Shown piece after piece: positions 20,798 to 30,985 of a stretch of DNA of 64,000 bases (its first letter is position 1; the number at the start of each line of letters is the position of its first letter). The translations under genes and the position numbers were made by a program. Source of the stretch: Candidatus Altimarinota bacterium (GTDB lineage Bacteria > Patescibacteriota > Gracilibacteria > JBDHUY01); assembly GCA_039809385.1 (NCBI GenBank), contig JBDHUY010000009.1, forward strand, positions 32,347-96,346. The letters are read 5' to 3'. The notes beneath the pieces were generated by a model that was not told the origin of the DNA, made no database searches, and saw nothing but the letters and a program-made list of their open reading frames with translations.

Positions 20798-21780
20798 GCG
20801 ATCAAACGATGTTAACAGATATCGCCACAAAGATACAAACCGCCAAACGGATCGCGATTTTATCCCATCGCAATCCCGACGGCGATACGATCGGCAGTAA
20901 TGTCGGACTGCGACTGGGATTGGAAAGTATTGGAAAAGAAGTCATTTCCGTGTGCCATGATACTATTTCCGAAAAATTTTCCCTTCTCCCCTCGGTACGC
21001 CTGTTTCGACGCAACCTCGCGTCCCACGACATCGATCTTGTCATTACCGTAGACATCGCCGCCAAAAGCCTGATCGGTTCGAACGAAGAACAACAGCAGA
21101 TCCTCGATTTCCCCCACATCATCAATATCGACCACCACCCGGACAACGAGCAGTTCGGACATCTCAATCTCGTGGATCCGCACGCCGCAGCGGCCGCCAT
21201 CCTGATATACCTCCTGCTCGATTTTATGAAGATCCCGATACGGCGCGATATAGCGACAGCCCTGCTGGTGGGGCTCTACTGGGATACCGGTAGTTTCATG
21301 CACGGCAACACTTCTCAGGAAGCCTACGCCGTAGCCGCAAAATTAGTCTCTTGTGGAGGAAACATCAATCTGATCAGCCAATACCTTTTCCGCAACTTCC
21401 CGGTAAACAAACTAAAATTATGGGGCGAAGTCTTGAACCGGGTCAAAGTCAACGAACAACAGGTTGTTTCTTCAGTTGTCACAAGTGAGGATTTCGACAA
21501 AACCGGCACTTCTTCGGAAGACCTAAACGGCCTGGTAGAGTACCTCAATATGATCCCCAACAGTCGTTACGCCATGCTGCTCACCGAAGACGAACAAGGA
21601 CACCAGGTCAAAGGATCGTTACGTACACTCAACGACAATGTGGATGTCTCCAGTATCGCCCATCAATTCGGCGGCGGCGGACACTCCAAAGCATCAGGGT
21701 TTCGCATCAGCGGCAAACTCGAAGAAGAAGTCACATGGAAAGTCGTCGGAGAGAGTAACAAAGATATTATAAAAATATAG
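20794..21780 (+). CDS. nrnA: Bifunctional oligoribonuclease/PAP phosphatase NrnA (DHH/DHHA1)
   Basis: HRNPDGD, NIDHH, DTGSF, KGSLR, FGGGGH motifs. Confidence 0.92.
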   Translation: MSDQTMLTDIATKIQTAKRIAILSHRNPDGDTIGSNVGLRLGLESIGKEVISVCHDTISEKFSLLPSVRLFRRNLASHDIDLVITVDIAAKSLIGSNEEQQQILDFPHIINIDHHPDNEQFGHLNLVDPHAAAAAILIYLLLDFMKIPIRRDIATALLVGLYWDTGSFMHGNTSQEAYAVAAKLVSCGGNINLISQYLFRNFPVNKLKLWGEVLNRVKVNEQQVVSSVVTSEDFDKTGTSSEDLNGLVEYLNMIPNSRYAMLLTEDEQGHQVKGSLRTLNDNVDVSSIAHQFGGGGHSKASGFRISGKLEEEVTWKVVGESNKDIIKI

Positions 21781-21889
21781 CATTCCGCAACCGACGATCT
21801 GTATCGGAGGAAGCAGTCAATCTACTTGGAACTTCTGCTAACAGAGGGAGTTTTTTGGAGTTATGTCAAACTCAGAGAATATTGCAGCC

Positions 21890-21909
21890 GGACAAAAATA
21901 TGCTATAAT
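21890..21909 (+). promoter_or_regulatory. Putative sigma70 extended -10 promoter
   Basis: TGCTATAAT at 21901-21909, upstream of the giant surface-protein gene. Confidence 0.55.
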
Positions 21910-21979
21910 ACAAACAAGCAAAATTAAAACACAAAAATGTACGTGAGAACTACAGGAAAAATATCCTCGAACATTCGAA

Positions 21980-22010
21980 AACTTCGTCCCTTCGGACGAA
22001 GTTCTTTTTC
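21980..22010 (+). terminator. Intrinsic terminator-like hairpin in the leader of the giant surface-protein gene
   Basis: aacttcgtcc-cttc-ggacgaagtt followed by ctttttc. Confidence 0.7.
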
Positions 22011-22036
22011 ATTATACCTCTTTGTTTCTCTCTGCT

Positions 22037-25000
22037 ATGACTATTAGATTGCCGGTCAGGAAAAGGTGGAAGATTTCCCTGCTTTGCATCATGGCGGCCA
22101 GCTTGTTTTTCTTGGTGCAAAATGCTCACAATATGCCAGCAGAAGCTCTCATATCGACATCCGTTGAAGTTGGAGGCACCCCGGTAGGAATCATTCCAGT
22201 AGACATCGGTACGGTACCTGACTCCGGCGCATCTTGCGATCCGGCTCCAGAGGGAGCGGCTTGTGGGACAAGTTATTGCCGGGGTAGCATCATGTGCGCC
22301 GTTATATGCGACATTCCAGACATTCCATTAGGCAATTTTAACCCGGAACTTCCGGAATTACCGGATCCGACGAGCAACGCTTACCGTTGCAACGCTGCTA
22401 TCCAACTCTGTGAAATTTGTACGGCAGGAGAAACTGGCTGTACGACGCTTGACAATTGTCTGTCAAGTTGTCAGGCCGCGCCGACGGAAAACATACCCCC
22501 ATTCTTCACGACAAATCCGGTCAGCGGACAAATTGGCAGCAGCAATCCTAGAGTCACGATCATGATCGAAGACCCGAGTCCGAGCAGCTTGATCGCACTC
22601 GCAACCTGGAGACTTCAGAAAAAAATATCCGGCGCATGGAACAATACTCTCACCTTCGGCTCGATTACCGACGCAATCAACAATACTAGGGGAAGTGCCG
22701 TTGTTGTACTGCCGGGAGTCGGCGAATACCGGTTTCAGCTTGTCGGAAAAGACCAGGCGAATAACACGACATCGACATTTTCGAATGCTTTTCAGGTCGT
22801 CGACAATCCGGTCGATACGACACCGCCGACGGTGACGGCCAACCCGACCTCACAGACAGCCGCCGGCACCATATTTGTGGCATTGACGCCGGAAGATACG
22901 GGAGGATCCGGCTTGTCTCAAGCACGTTATGTAATGGACGGTAGCGTATCGTTGGGAAGCGGCATACAATTTCAATCTACCACCAATATCAGTATTGCCA
23001 GCGCAGGATCACATACCATAAATTGGATTGCGCAGGATAATGCCGGAAATATCGCCTCAGGACAATTCGGCCCATACACAGTTACCGCAAGCACCGGCAG
23101 CGATTGTACGCTCAATGCCAGTATCGTCGGACCGGCCGAGGGTGTGGTATCGCAAAATCTGGCGTTTGCCGCTTCGGTATCAAGCACAGGGACAGGTTGC
23201 TCCGGATCTATCCAGCACACCTGGGATTTCGGAGACGGGAGTACTATTCCAGCGGGGAACAACCCCGGAGTCAGTCATGTATATACGAGCGGAGGCAACA
23301 AAACCCTGGTTTTGAGAGTTACGCAAGGAACAAGTGCGACAACAGCGACCAAACTAGTCAAGATAAACGCGACCTCGTTAAACGGAGTTTGCGGTACGGC
23401 GGTAAATCAATATTTTTCCACGGAACCGACACAAAACCTGTGTGAAGCGGGAAACAGTACGAAGCCGACGGCTTTGGGAAACGGAGCGTGGAGTTGGTCG
23501 TGTCAGGGACTCAATGGAGGACAAACCGCCACCTGTCAGTCACAAACTACTGGCAGCGGTGACGTGACGGCTCCCTCCGTAACCTTTACCCCGAACGGAG
23601 GCAGCTGGAGCAAAAACAGCCAAACGGTAACTGTCAATGTGACCGATACGCAAAGCAATATTCAAGCCGCTACCTGGCAAGTACAGCAATTCAACGGGAC
23701 TAGCTGGCGTACCGTGGTACAACAAGGAAGTATGACTACCGGAAACCAGAATACGTCGCAAAACATAACACTGAACGGTATAGGACAGTACCGGATCTAT
23801 GTATATGTTCAGGATAGCAGTAATAACGAAAATTTTGTCTATTCGCTGACCTACGATCTGAATACCGGCGCGCAAAACGGCTCATGCGGCAGCGCGGCCA
23901 GAACCTATCTGGATACCGAGACCAAATACACGGGAAGTTTTTGCTTAGTCGGAACGGCAAACCCGGCTACGCCTGCTTTTCCGGCGAACGGAGCGACGAC
24001 CGGCTGGACGTGTCAAGGCGTATTAGGAGGAAATAATACCCAATGCAGCGCCAGCAGAGACTCAGCGACGAATACGATCTGGCAGGGAAATCTGCATAAC
24101 TCTGCTTACGGACAAGACATGGGCTGGCTGCTGGTCGGAAATCCCGCCGGGACAGCTTATGAAGGGATGTACAACGGGTTGAGAATCGAACAAAATCCTC
24201 TGCTGAGCGGAGGAAGTCAGTACCGCATTACCGGGAACGCATATAGTCCCTACTTCGGCATATTTGTTCTGGATGCTGCTACCGTCAACGTGATCAGTCC
24301 GCAATGGGCCGTCATCCAAGGCAGCGGACGCTTTCCTTCAGCGGGAATCAATCTGGTTACGGCCAGTGGCAATATTACGCCGGCATTATGCGAGGGCTAT
24401 AAAAATTTCGGTCTTTGGCCGGCAAATCCCGGTCAACCGTTTGCTATCTGTATTGATCTGAGTACAGTCGGGACTAATACTCCGCTAAAGATGAACGGAT
24501 ATGCTTGGAGCGACACGTACGGATGGTTGAAAGTGGCTGACGACGGAGGAACGATTCAAAATCCGCCGGTTTACGACAATCCGGTAGCGGGCAGCTCCTA
24601 TCAAATGACAACAACCTGGAATCCCAATCTGAACATCAACGGGAACGCCAATCAAAATGGAAATAACAATATTAACCAGAATACGAACAGTCCGGTTACG
24701 GGAAAAAATCCGCTGGTCACTATCAACGCGACGCCGGACTATGTAATTGATGCCAGTAATCGCTGGGACACTTCGGCTCAGGCGATTGTCAGCTGTAAAC
24801 CGGGAAGCGGAACCAGTTGTGATACTGCCTCGTATAAAATAGCGGTATTCCCCAGCAATCCCGGCAGCTGTCCGCAGGATTACGCATTATATACTATTGA
24901 TTCCCCAATGCTTGTTGGCGACAATCTATGGGTATGCGGCGCAGCTCACACCATCGAACAGGATAAGAGCGGGAACTTCTACTACGGATATTCGACCGAT

Positions 25001-27658
25001 CCGGTGCAATTTCGGGTCGATACGATCGCACCCGACTGCAGCAGTGAATTCCCGCCGTCGGGGCAGTATTACAGTCAAATCATCCTTGAAAACGGCAATT
25101 GTAGCGATAGCGGATCGGGAATCGAAGAGACCGGTATCCAGTTCGGCTATGGAGAAAGTTTCGAGACTCCTTTTACTGATGCAAAATCTTTTCCGAAAGA
25201 GATCTGTAGAGAAGGCGATAGTACCAATTGTTATACGATACTCTCGGATCAGATCGCGCTCCCAAGTGACGATTTCGAAGGAGACAAATATCAAAATTCG
25301 TTCGCGGTTAAGGCACGAGACCGGGTAGGTAACGAAACGTTCGTACCGTTACGGTATAATTTTACGCTCATCGCTCCGTTGATCCGGTATTACGAACTAA
25401 AAGGATCATTACTACGACTGTACGGAACGAATTTCGGACGTAGCGGTATGGCGCGCTTTTATGACGGAACGAAACAAGAACTGGAAAATATGAGAATGCG
25501 CTATAGCAGCAGCGACGGGAAAAAGGTCGAAATTCAGACTACTCGGGATAGCCGTGTGCGATATATCAGGATTCAACGCAATACTGATGACCGTCCCCAG
25601 GAGACCGAAATAAGTCTCTATTTTCCCTTTAGCTTCGTGCATAACGCCGATCAAAGTTTAACACTGCTGCCGAGTGCGGTAACCGCGTTGCCAGGAGATA
25701 CCGTTACACTCATCGCTTCGATGGGACCCGAAACCGCGCAGCACATTTTTGACTGGCAAATTCCCTATATCGATCCGCAAGATCAGAACAAAGGTAAAAT
25801 CAGCGATTCTCCTTTGCCAGAACTGAAACCTGGCAATAATGTTTTTACCTTACAATTAAAAGATAGCATCCCGAGCGGCCAATACCCCGTCGTCGTCAAA
25901 GATATCCTCGGCGGGTCGACGGCACAGATAGACGCAGGTCACCTCTACAGCGTTATATTTTCCGACACATCCAATAACAAAAGACTGGCTCTGCTGCAGA
26001 ACCGTGATATAGATTCTGGAGATTATGGGACCGGAGACATTGGAACTTCTGGCAGTACTTCGATGAGCACCAATACTTACATGAAAACAACCAGCAGCAA
26101 CGGAACGGAAAGCCTTAAAACCACCAGCGAACTTCTCAATGAAGGATATAGTCCGATACTGGGTACGGACGGAAACACCCTCTATTACAACCGCAATACC
26201 GGCGATGTGGTCAGAACTGAAACCACGAATATCAGTACGGATGGAAAAACGACCATTCAACCTAGCTGCGGCAGTAGTAACAATCAGACGTTCGAGACCG
26301 CCCCGACACAGAATTTATGTCTGTCCGGAGCCCCGACAACGGTTACGCTGAACGGTACGACCTGGGGATGGAGTTGTATCGGGACCAACGAGAGCAAAGT
26401 CTCCTGCAGTGCGGCCAAAACCGCAACGACACAAATCACAACCGGACTGAATACAAATGGAAACCAATCCCAATCCAATCAAAATGCGGGTACCAAAGAG
26501 TCTCAGAGAAATACCAACACGAACGGGACAAAAGAAACATGTACGGATATTACCGGATTACTGGCATCCTATTGTACGACAAATCCGACAGATACGGCTT
26601 GCTACACGACGGATATCAATACGATTTGTGCTTCGTTCATAGGCCAAACCGGAACACCTCTTAGTTCTTATTGTTATGCCTATTTCAACAATCCGTCGAG
26701 TATCTGCCCGCTTACTTCGCCGATACGATCGGGAAATAACGGAGAGACCGGAGGTATCCAAAACATCAACACCAACGGCAGCCTCAACCTAAATCAAAAC
26801 AGCGGTACCGGCACAAGCGGAAACGCCAACAACAATAGTTCTCCGCAGAATCAGAATACCAACAGCCCGGGAACAACCATCCCCCAGTCGACCGCAACAG
26901 CGGTAATCACGGTAATCAATCCCGACAGTACCGATACTTCCAAGTATATGAGCTGCTGGGGGCTACCGTGTAACGCGGTGATCGTTACCAGCGCCGCCAA
27001 CGAAATCGTGCAGGATGGTGTGAACTGCGGAGACGCCACGAAACAGCGTACGAGAGCATTGAGCGAAAGCGGTATAACTGGCGATCAGCAAGCAGGCGAA
27101 CCTAACCAGATCTGTCTGTCCGATCTGTATCTGGGCACTGAAAAAGAACTTGCCCAGATCAGCGCGACGTTTGACGGTAGTCCGGATCTGCAGTTTGTCT
27201 TGGAACTGAAAGGCGATCAGGGGCAGGTAGTTACCTATGCAGTGCCAGCCGAAGGGAGTCATCACACTTTTGGAGAAAAGGTTAACTTCACCGGTTTTAA
27301 GATAGAACCTACCATTACGATCACCCGGGGAACCCTGTCGCGCGTACTGATCTCGCTGGACAACCGTACCGACGAATCCGTAACGTTAACGATCAACGAT
27401 ACGCTTGCTTCCAGCCAGACAAATCAGTGTAGTTACATATCGACCGGATATTGTTACCAGATGTGTTATACGACAGTAGAAGCCAACGGCAACGTAACCG
27501 CCCATGTGCGCGGAGATTGCCCGGCAACCGCGGCCGACACCGGACCGATCAGCATCGCCGACAACACCATCTGTCGTCCCGACGATACTTCGGCCGCTAA
27601 CACGCTCAACTGCCAAAAGATCGAACGTTACTGTACCAATTTGTGTCGGGAACACTAA
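22037..27658 (+). CDS. Giant secreted surface protein (Ig-like domains, PKD, CPR-type CG...LC...W.W.C repeats)
   Basis: About 1874 aa with a signal peptide, WDFGDG PKD motif, three NGxCG...WxCxG repeats, GYAWSDTYGWL motif and Asn-rich linkers. Confidence 0.88.
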   Translation: MTIRLPVRKRWKISLLCIMAASLFFLVQNAHNMPAEALISTSVEVGGTPVGIIPVDIGTVPDSGASCDPAPEGAACGTSYCRGSIMCAVICDIPDIPLGNFNPELPELPDPTSNAYRCNAAIQLCEICTAGETGCTTLDNCLSSCQAAPTENIPPFFTTNPVSGQIGSSNPRVTIMIEDPSPSSLIALATWRLQKKISGAWNNTLTFGSITDAINNTRGSAVVVLPGVGEYRFQLVGKDQANNTTSTFSNAFQVVDNPVDTTPPTVTANPTSQTAAGTIFVALTPEDTGGSGLSQARYVMDGSVSLGSGIQFQSTTNISIASAGSHTINWIAQDNAGNIASGQFGPYTVTASTGSDCTLNASIVGPAEGVVSQNLAFAASVSSTGTGCSGSIQHTWDFGDGSTIPAGNNPGVSHVYTSGGNKTLVLRVTQGTSATTATKLVKINATSLNGVCGTAVNQYFSTEPTQNLCEAGNSTKPTALGNGAWSWSCQGLNGGQTATCQSQTTGSGDVTAPSVTFTPNGGSWSKNSQTVTVNVTDTQSNIQAATWQVQQFNGTSWRTVVQQGSMTTGNQNTSQNITLNGIGQYRIYVYVQDSSNNENFVYSLTYDLNTGAQNGSCGSAARTYLDTETKYTGSFCLVGTANPATPAFPANGATTGWTCQGVLGGNNTQCSASRDSATNTIWQGNLHNSAYGQDMGWLLVGNPAGTAYEGMYNGLRIEQNPLLSGGSQYRITGNAYSPYFGIFVLDAATVNVISPQWAVIQGSGRFPSAGINLVTASGNITPALCEGYKNFGLWPANPGQPFAICIDLSTVGTNTPLKMNGYAWSDTYGWLKVADDGGTIQNPPVYDNPVAGSSYQMTTTWNPNLNINGNANQNGNNNINQNTNSPVTGKNPLVTINATPDYVIDASNRWDTSAQAIVSCKPGSGTSCDTASYKIAVFPSNPGSCPQDYALYTIDSPMLVGDNLWVCGAAHTIEQDKSGNFYYGYSTDPVQFRVDTIAPDCSSEFPPSGQYYSQIILENGNCSDSGSGIEETGIQFGYGESFETPFTDAKSFPKEICREGDSTNCYTILSDQIALPSDDFEGDKYQNSFAVKARDRVGNETFVPLRYNFTLIAPLIRYYELKGSLLRLYGTNFGRSGMARFYDGTKQELENMRMRYSSSDGKKVEIQTTRDSRVRYIRIQRNTDDRPQETEISLYFPFSFVHNADQSLTLLPSAVTALPGDTVTLIASMGPETAQHIFDWQIPYIDPQDQNKGKISDSPLPELKPGNNVFTLQLKDSIPSGQYPVVVKDILGGSTAQIDAGHLYSVIFSDTSNNKRLALLQNRDIDSGDYGTGDIGTSGSTSMSTNTYMKTTSSNGTESLKTTSELLNEGYSPILGTDGNTLYYNRNTGDVVRTETTNISTDGKTTIQPSCGSSNNQTFETAPTQNLCLSGAPTTVTLNGTTWGWSCIGTNESKVSCSAAKTATTQITTGLNTNGNQSQSNQNAGTKESQRNTNTNGTKETCTDITGLLASYCTTNPTDTACYTTDINTICASFIGQTGTPLSSYCYAYFNNPSSICPLTSPIRSGNNGETGGIQNINTNGSLNLNQNSGTGTSGNANNNSSPQNQNTNSPGTTIPQSTATAVITVINPDSTDTSKYMSCWGLPCNAVIVTSAANEIVQDGVNCGDATKQRTRALSESGITGDQQAGEPNQICLSDLYLGTEKELAQISATFDGSPDLQFVLELKGDQGQVVTYAVPAEGSHHTFGEKVNFTGFKIEPTITITRGTLSRVLISLDNRTDESVTLTINDTLASSQTNQCSYISTGYCYQMCYTTVEANGNVTAHVRGDCPATAADTGPISIADNTICRPDDTSAANTLNCQKIERYCTNLCREH

Positions 27659-27693
27659 AGGATGAAAAATTCAAAATTACCAATACCAGCCAG

Positions 27694-27719
27694 GAGAGAC
27701 GGTTTTGAAACCGTCTCTC
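27694..27719. repeat. Perfect palindrome (REP-like or terminator)
   Basis: gagagacggttt-tg-aaaccgtctctc. Confidence 0.65.
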
Positions 27720-27799
27720 TTGAGGCCGGGCTGATTTGAGTTTCGCATCCAAATAGCTTATAATAAAAAAGAAGGATATTATTTAAAAAACAAAGAAAT

Positions 27800-28483
27800 A
27801 TGAAAACAAAAATCGGATTATGGAGTCTGGTCTTAGGAATGACGCTGCTGTCGGCATGCGGATTTTCGGGTGGAACACCCAACGGAAGCACGAATGGAAC
27901 AAAACCTGCTCCGGACACCAGCACGACCGGCATGGACATCACTGCCGAAGCTTTGGCAAAAGGAGACGAAAGTCTGTGTAGCAAAATCGCTTCGGGAGCG
28001 GAAAAAGAGAGCTGCGTCAACCAAGTATTCTCTACTCAAGCCATAAAAAATAAAGATCCGAAAACGTGCGACAAGATAGCCAAGGACGACGAGCGATCAG
28101 CCTGTACCAAAAACGTGGCGGTCGGGAGCGGCATTGTCTCGGGAAACGATCAAGGCTGTAATATACTGACAGACGAAAAGAGCAAAGCTGACTGCAAGGA
28201 TACCGTTAATATCAATCTGGCCTATAGCCAGCTCAAAACCGGGCAGTGCGACGCAGTCTCCAATCCGCAGAATCGGGAAGCGTGTAAAAATCAAGTACTG
28301 ATCCTGGAAGCCAAGCAGGGCGGCGATTTTTCGCTATGTGATAACGTGACAAATATAAATCTGCGGGGTAATTGCCGGGATAATATCTACTATGATCAGG
28401 CACTGAGAAAACAAGACCAATCGCTGTGCGAAAAAATAGAAAACACTCCGTTTCTCAAAGAAAATTGCTTAAAAAACCTGTAA
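27800..28483 (+). CDS. Lipoprotein with repeated C-x2-I-x7-C units
   Basis: Lipobox LSAC; about six repeats of the type D.SLC.KI......+E.C. Confidence 0.85.
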   Translation: MKTKIGLWSLVLGMTLLSACGFSGGTPNGSTNGTKPAPDTSTTGMDITAEALAKGDESLCSKIASGAEKESCVNQVFSTQAIKNKDPKTCDKIAKDDERSACTKNVAVGSGIVSGNDQGCNILTDEKSKADCKDTVNINLAYSQLKTGQCDAVSNPQNREACKNQVLILEAKQGGDFSLCDNVTNINLRGNCRDNIYYDQALRKQDQSLCEKIENTPFLKENCLKNL

Positions 28484-28522
28484 TGAGTTTTCCCGTCGGC
28501 GTCTCATCTGTAGTTTTTCATT

Positions 28523-30496
28523 ATGCATACGGACCGATCACCTACTTTACAAAAACATCGCGGCAGCATATTTATTTATGTATTGTTTGCCGTGTCACTG
28601 TTTATGCTGACATTTACGTCGATTATCTATTTTTCCAAGCAGAATCTGGCGTATGTGGACAAAGCTATCACGACCCGCGACCTGATCGCCCAAGCAAAAT
28701 CGAATATTGCCGAGATAGTAACCCAGTTCCAGGCCGGAGCACGCAACCAGGCGATTAACAACGTGAGAAAAACCAGCTATGAAGCCTACGAGGAGACCAG
28801 AAACGGTTACGTATACCAGGGCAAAAGCGACGTTATATCGATCAACTGGCACGACTACGACACAGACCTGCGTATGCCCGGCGGCGTGGGAATCGAAAAA
28901 GCGGCCGGGAGTAAGGGGACTCTTTACGCGACCTTGCGGAAAATAGTGCTGGATAATAACGCTACGGTCTTATCCGAAACGTTGGTCATTCCCGACGGAA
29001 CACAGCTGCGAGAAGAAGACTATTGTCTTTTTAAGCCCCGCGACGAAAGCGACCGGATTGCATTCTACACCGAAATAATTCTGTTTTCGGACAGTCCGGA
29101 AGGCTCACGATATACGCTGAGCGCGCTGGCTTACAATAAAAACAAAACCCAGGACTGCTTGCCGGTGAATCCGGATGAGGCAACTACGCCCAACCCAGCC
29201 CGTTTCGCCATGCAAAAACTGTCGGTCGCAACCGAGACCTCTACTGATTTCAACCCGATTGCGACCAGTTCGACGCTTGCCGTCCAAGCCGATGTAGACC
29301 TCACATACCCGACATATAATATCGCGTCCAAATTCGATTTCGAAGATGCGCGCAGCACGTTTGACGGGACAGTATCTTCGTCTCTGAATGAACCGGGCGT
29401 ATCGACCGGGTATTTCGATTTTCTCGACGTGGAAGGCAACGACTGGCAATCGCGCGGTTCGTACAGTTATACTCTTCCTGGGTTTAATCCGGGCACACAG
29501 GAATTCGGAATATTCCCCAACAGCAACTATACCCTGAACCGGGACATACGCGGAGAATTCGATATGCGCGTAACTATGCGCGAGAGTCCGGCTGCGACAC
29601 AAAGTACATCTTCCGACGGAACCGTCTACAACGGAAGCAGCAATATAAGCGGAGAAAACGGGATTTTCGTTCAGAACGGTTCTATCAGTTACAAAGCAGG
29701 TGTGAAGAACGTACAGGTATGTCATACCGTAACCGATCCAGTCACTAAGGTTTCCCGTTGTGAATGCGACGAAAATACCAATATCTATTTATTCTATGAC
29801 ACCTTGAGCGGTCCGCCGACGCAGGTAAAGAGAGATACCGGTTCGGCCTGTACCAACATGCCGACGCTGGCAAGCGTGGGGGGTTCGGCCAAACAGTTCA
29901 AAGCACTGGCAGAATTTCCCAGCGGGGTGGAAGCCAAAGAAGCGAATATCGGACAAGCCCGGAATAAATTCATGCTAAATCTGCGACGGGAAGACGGCAA
30001 CAAACTGCGGGCTTATTTTTGCTCGGCCGGAACGCTCTGCGACACCACCGGCAACGGTTGGATCCTTATTTCCGATATTTCGGATTTTACACTCTCTCCC
30101 GATACGCCGGTTCAGGTCGGTCTCTATAATGATTCTCCCGATGGTGGGGCCAAAGTATACAGTTATGTCCGGATAAATCAGATTCAGGATGAAAATGACG
30201 GCGATGCGATAGCAAAGTATGCTAAAACCTTAGAATTCGGCCGGGATGTATCGATCAAAAAGGTAGTAGTATATGGGTATATCCCCGACGACGGTCTGTT
30301 CGGCTTAAGTCTAAACAATATTTGTTTCGGCGAGCAACCTGAAGGGAAACCGTGCCAAAATAGCAGTCTGGTCGTTACTCCCGAAAACCTGGTTACCGAT
30401 CATCTCGATATTGCGATTAACTTGAAATCGACCAAAGGTGAGTTATCGGCGATTCCGTTTATTCGGAGTATTCAGGTCTTCTACGAACCCTTCTGA
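28523..30496 (+). CDS. PilX-like N-terminus large pilus-associated protein
   Basis: HRG/SIFIYVLFAVSLF class III-like signal followed by a ...AQAKSNIAE helix and a large beta-rich C-terminus. Confidence 0.65.
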   Translation: MHTDRSPTLQKHRGSIFIYVLFAVSLFMLTFTSIIYFSKQNLAYVDKAITTRDLIAQAKSNIAEIVTQFQAGARNQAINNVRKTSYEAYEETRNGYVYQGKSDVISINWHDYDTDLRMPGGVGIEKAAGSKGTLYATLRKIVLDNNATVLSETLVIPDGTQLREEDYCLFKPRDESDRIAFYTEIILFSDSPEGSRYTLSALAYNKNKTQDCLPVNPDEATTPNPARFAMQKLSVATETSTDFNPIATSSTLAVQADVDLTYPTYNIASKFDFEDARSTFDGTVSSSLNEPGVSTGYFDFLDVEGNDWQSRGSYSYTLPGFNPGTQEFGIFPNSNYTLNRDIRGEFDMRVTMRESPAATQSTSSDGTVYNGSSNISGENGIFVQNGSISYKAGVKNVQVCHTVTDPVTKVSRCECDENTNIYLFYDTLSGPPTQVKRDTGSACTNMPTLASVGGSAKQFKALAEFPSGVEAKEANIGQARNKFMLNLRREDGNKLRAYFCSAGTLCDTTGNGWILISDISDFTLSPDTPVQVGLYNDSPDGGAKVYSYVRINQIQDENDGDAIAKYAKTLEFGRDVSIKKVVVYGYIPDDGLFGLSLNNICFGEQPEGKPCQNSSLVVTPENLVTDHLDIAINLKSTKGELSAIPFIRSIQVFYEPF

Positions 30497-30985
30497 ACGT
30501 AGTGAAGAATCTGTCTCAAGCGTAGTGAAGAATCTGATCTACTACTAGTTCCAAGACGAAGGAAGTCAAGTGAAGAGCAACGCTGTTTTTTTTCAGTACG
30601 CTTTTATTTCTGACGATTTTCGCTCAATGGGGTTCAGGTCAGGAGAATCAGAAAAATAGGGGGCGGGATAGAGTAAAGTATGCTGGCCCGAGGATAACGG
30701 CTCTTCAATATTTCTTCTTTTGTGAAATGTGGCATTATCCATTACCCAATGCTACCGGGAGAAAACGGTGGGAGCAAATCTTCGGTCATCCCGGCGGAAA
30801 AAACATCGCTGTCAATATTACAGCCAAAAACATATGCTACCAGAAGTTCTTTCCCATCAAGAACTCCGATAATATTTTCTTCCCCTGGCGTGCCAATCAT
30901 GCTCTCCGTAACAACGATAACCTCGTTCGACGTTTTGTCCGAGCAAGAAGAGGGGAACAACAGGCTCTATAGTAAGGCTATCACA

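Noticed and set aside
30742-30960. 72-aa minus-strand ORF downstream of the MacB-type permease
   Set aside because: Weak TTG start and no recognisable motif; may be a remnant but is unsupported.
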